64,000 nucleotides of DNA from Dehalococcoidia bacterium (lineage in GTDB: Bacteria > Chloroflexota > Dehalococcoidia > Lucifugimonadales > Australimonadaceae). This document shows, one piece after another, positions 63,330-64,000 of this stretch. Below the pieces are notes generated by a model that saw only the letters and a list, made by a program, of their open reading frames with translations, ran no database searches and was not told the DNA's origin. Positions within the stretch are counted from its first letter, which is position 1. Each line of letters opens with the position of its first letter. Location of the stretch: the NCBI GenBank assembly GCA_965220225.1, contig OZ244813.1, positions 1,506,991 to 1,570,990 on the forward strand, given 5' to 3'. A program made the translations under genes and the position numbers.

Positions 63330-64000
63330 TTAGAGGTTGTCGAGCAGGCGTCCCCAGCCGGAGCTGCGGGGCTTCGCGGCCATCGCTCTGAGCGTCGCCC
63401 AGAACATGGAAAGGTCACCTGCGACGACCGGCAGGCCGACCCGCGCTTCGAGCTCCGCGGCGTGCCCGAGGAGACGGAGGCCTCCGCCGCAGATGACGAT
63501 GGCGTCCACGTGGCGGCCTGCGCGCTCGGCGGTCATGAGGACATGGGCCTTGGTGACGGCCGCATCCTGCTCCCACGCGAGCCGGTCGGACTCCTCGGTT
63601 GAACCGACGATGCCCTGCTCCATCCAGTTCTCCTGGAGAACGACGTCGAATCCGTTGGACTCGAAGCCGCGCCTGCCCATGGAGACCCAATCGCCAGGGG
63701 GGTAGTAGCCGCTCGCGATGGCGATGCTGCGGACGCCAAGGTGGTCGAGCGCGTCGAGCATCGCGGCCCCCATCAGCACGACGGGCACCCCCGCTGCCTC
63801 CGTCACTTGGGATTGCACGTCGCGGGCACGCTCCGCATGGACGAGCGAGAACGGGATGCCGAACTGCGCAACGACGTCCGCTCCGGCTTCGGCGAGGTCG
63901 CGCGCCCCTTCCTCCACCCCCGGGAGTGCTGCCGCGATGCGGTCGAGGCCGAATCCAGCCATCGTATGGCCGAGGCCGCGAGACCGGATGAATGCCCCCG
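63330..64000 (-). CDS. Asp/Glu racemase-fold enzyme (maleate isomerase / arylmalonate decarboxylase-like), 5' end outside window
   Basis: SIAIASGYYPP, DAIVICGGGLR and VVAGDLSMFWATLR resemble the maleate isomerase family. The reading frame stays open upstream of the Met at 63962 to the window edge. Confidence 0.7.
   Translation of the reverse strand, partial: GAFIRSRGLGHTMAGFGLDRIAAALPGVEEGARDLAEAGADVVAQFGIPFSLVHAERARDVQSQVTEAAGVPVVLMGAAMLDALDHLGVRSIAIASGYYPPGDWVSMGRRGFESNGFDVVLQENWMEQGIVGSTEESDRLAWEQDAAVTKAHVLMTAERAGRHVDAIVICGGGLRLLGHAAELEARVGLPVVAGDLSMFWATLRAMAAKPRSSGWGRLLDNL

Overview
This is a GC-rich, gene-dense bacterial chromosomal window of about 70 protein genes and 7 tRNAs. It has no rRNA, CRISPR array, transposase, integrase or phage genes. 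All product calls come from reading motifs in the supplied translations; no database search was run.

Housekeeping content:
- rpsO-pnp, dapA, argS and rpe.
- A dispersed arginine cluster, argJ-argB-[UPF0182]-argD-argG ... argH.
- Two ammonium transporters, one followed by a P-II gene.
- sodC, chrA and a vapBC-type toxin-antitoxin pair.

The rest is dominated by paralogous oxidative and catabolic enzymes:
- 2 Rieske oxygenases and 2 LigB-type ring-cleavage dioxygenases.
- 2 enolase-superfamily enzymes, an amidohydrolase-2 and a cyclase-family hydrolase.
- A flavin reductase and a MaoC hotdog pair.
- MFS, DMT and AEC transporters, plus four lipoproteins with Pro/Thr-rich linkers.

This repertoire, and the fact that every tRNA gene encodes its 3' CCA, fits a Chloroflexota-like organism. 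That placement is inference only.

Most interesting observations:
1. An OsmC-family gene is interrupted by a single in-frame TGA exactly where the family's first conserved Cys sits. A SECIS-like hairpin follows immediately, so it is a candidate selenoprotein; a nonsense pseudogene is the alternative.
2. A translationally coupled operon encodes a small membrane protein, a di-iron fatty-acid hydroxylase, a GH3 acyl-acid amido synthetase and an MLE-subgroup enolase enzyme. It is followed by genes for a Rieske oxygenase, a PanB-like enzyme and a NUDIX hydrolase. It suggests an uncharacterised N-acyl-amino-acid pathway.
3. A tRNA-Arg gene carries a GCG anticodon.
4. Several uncharacterised secreted or lipoprotein families have candidate operator repeats nearby.
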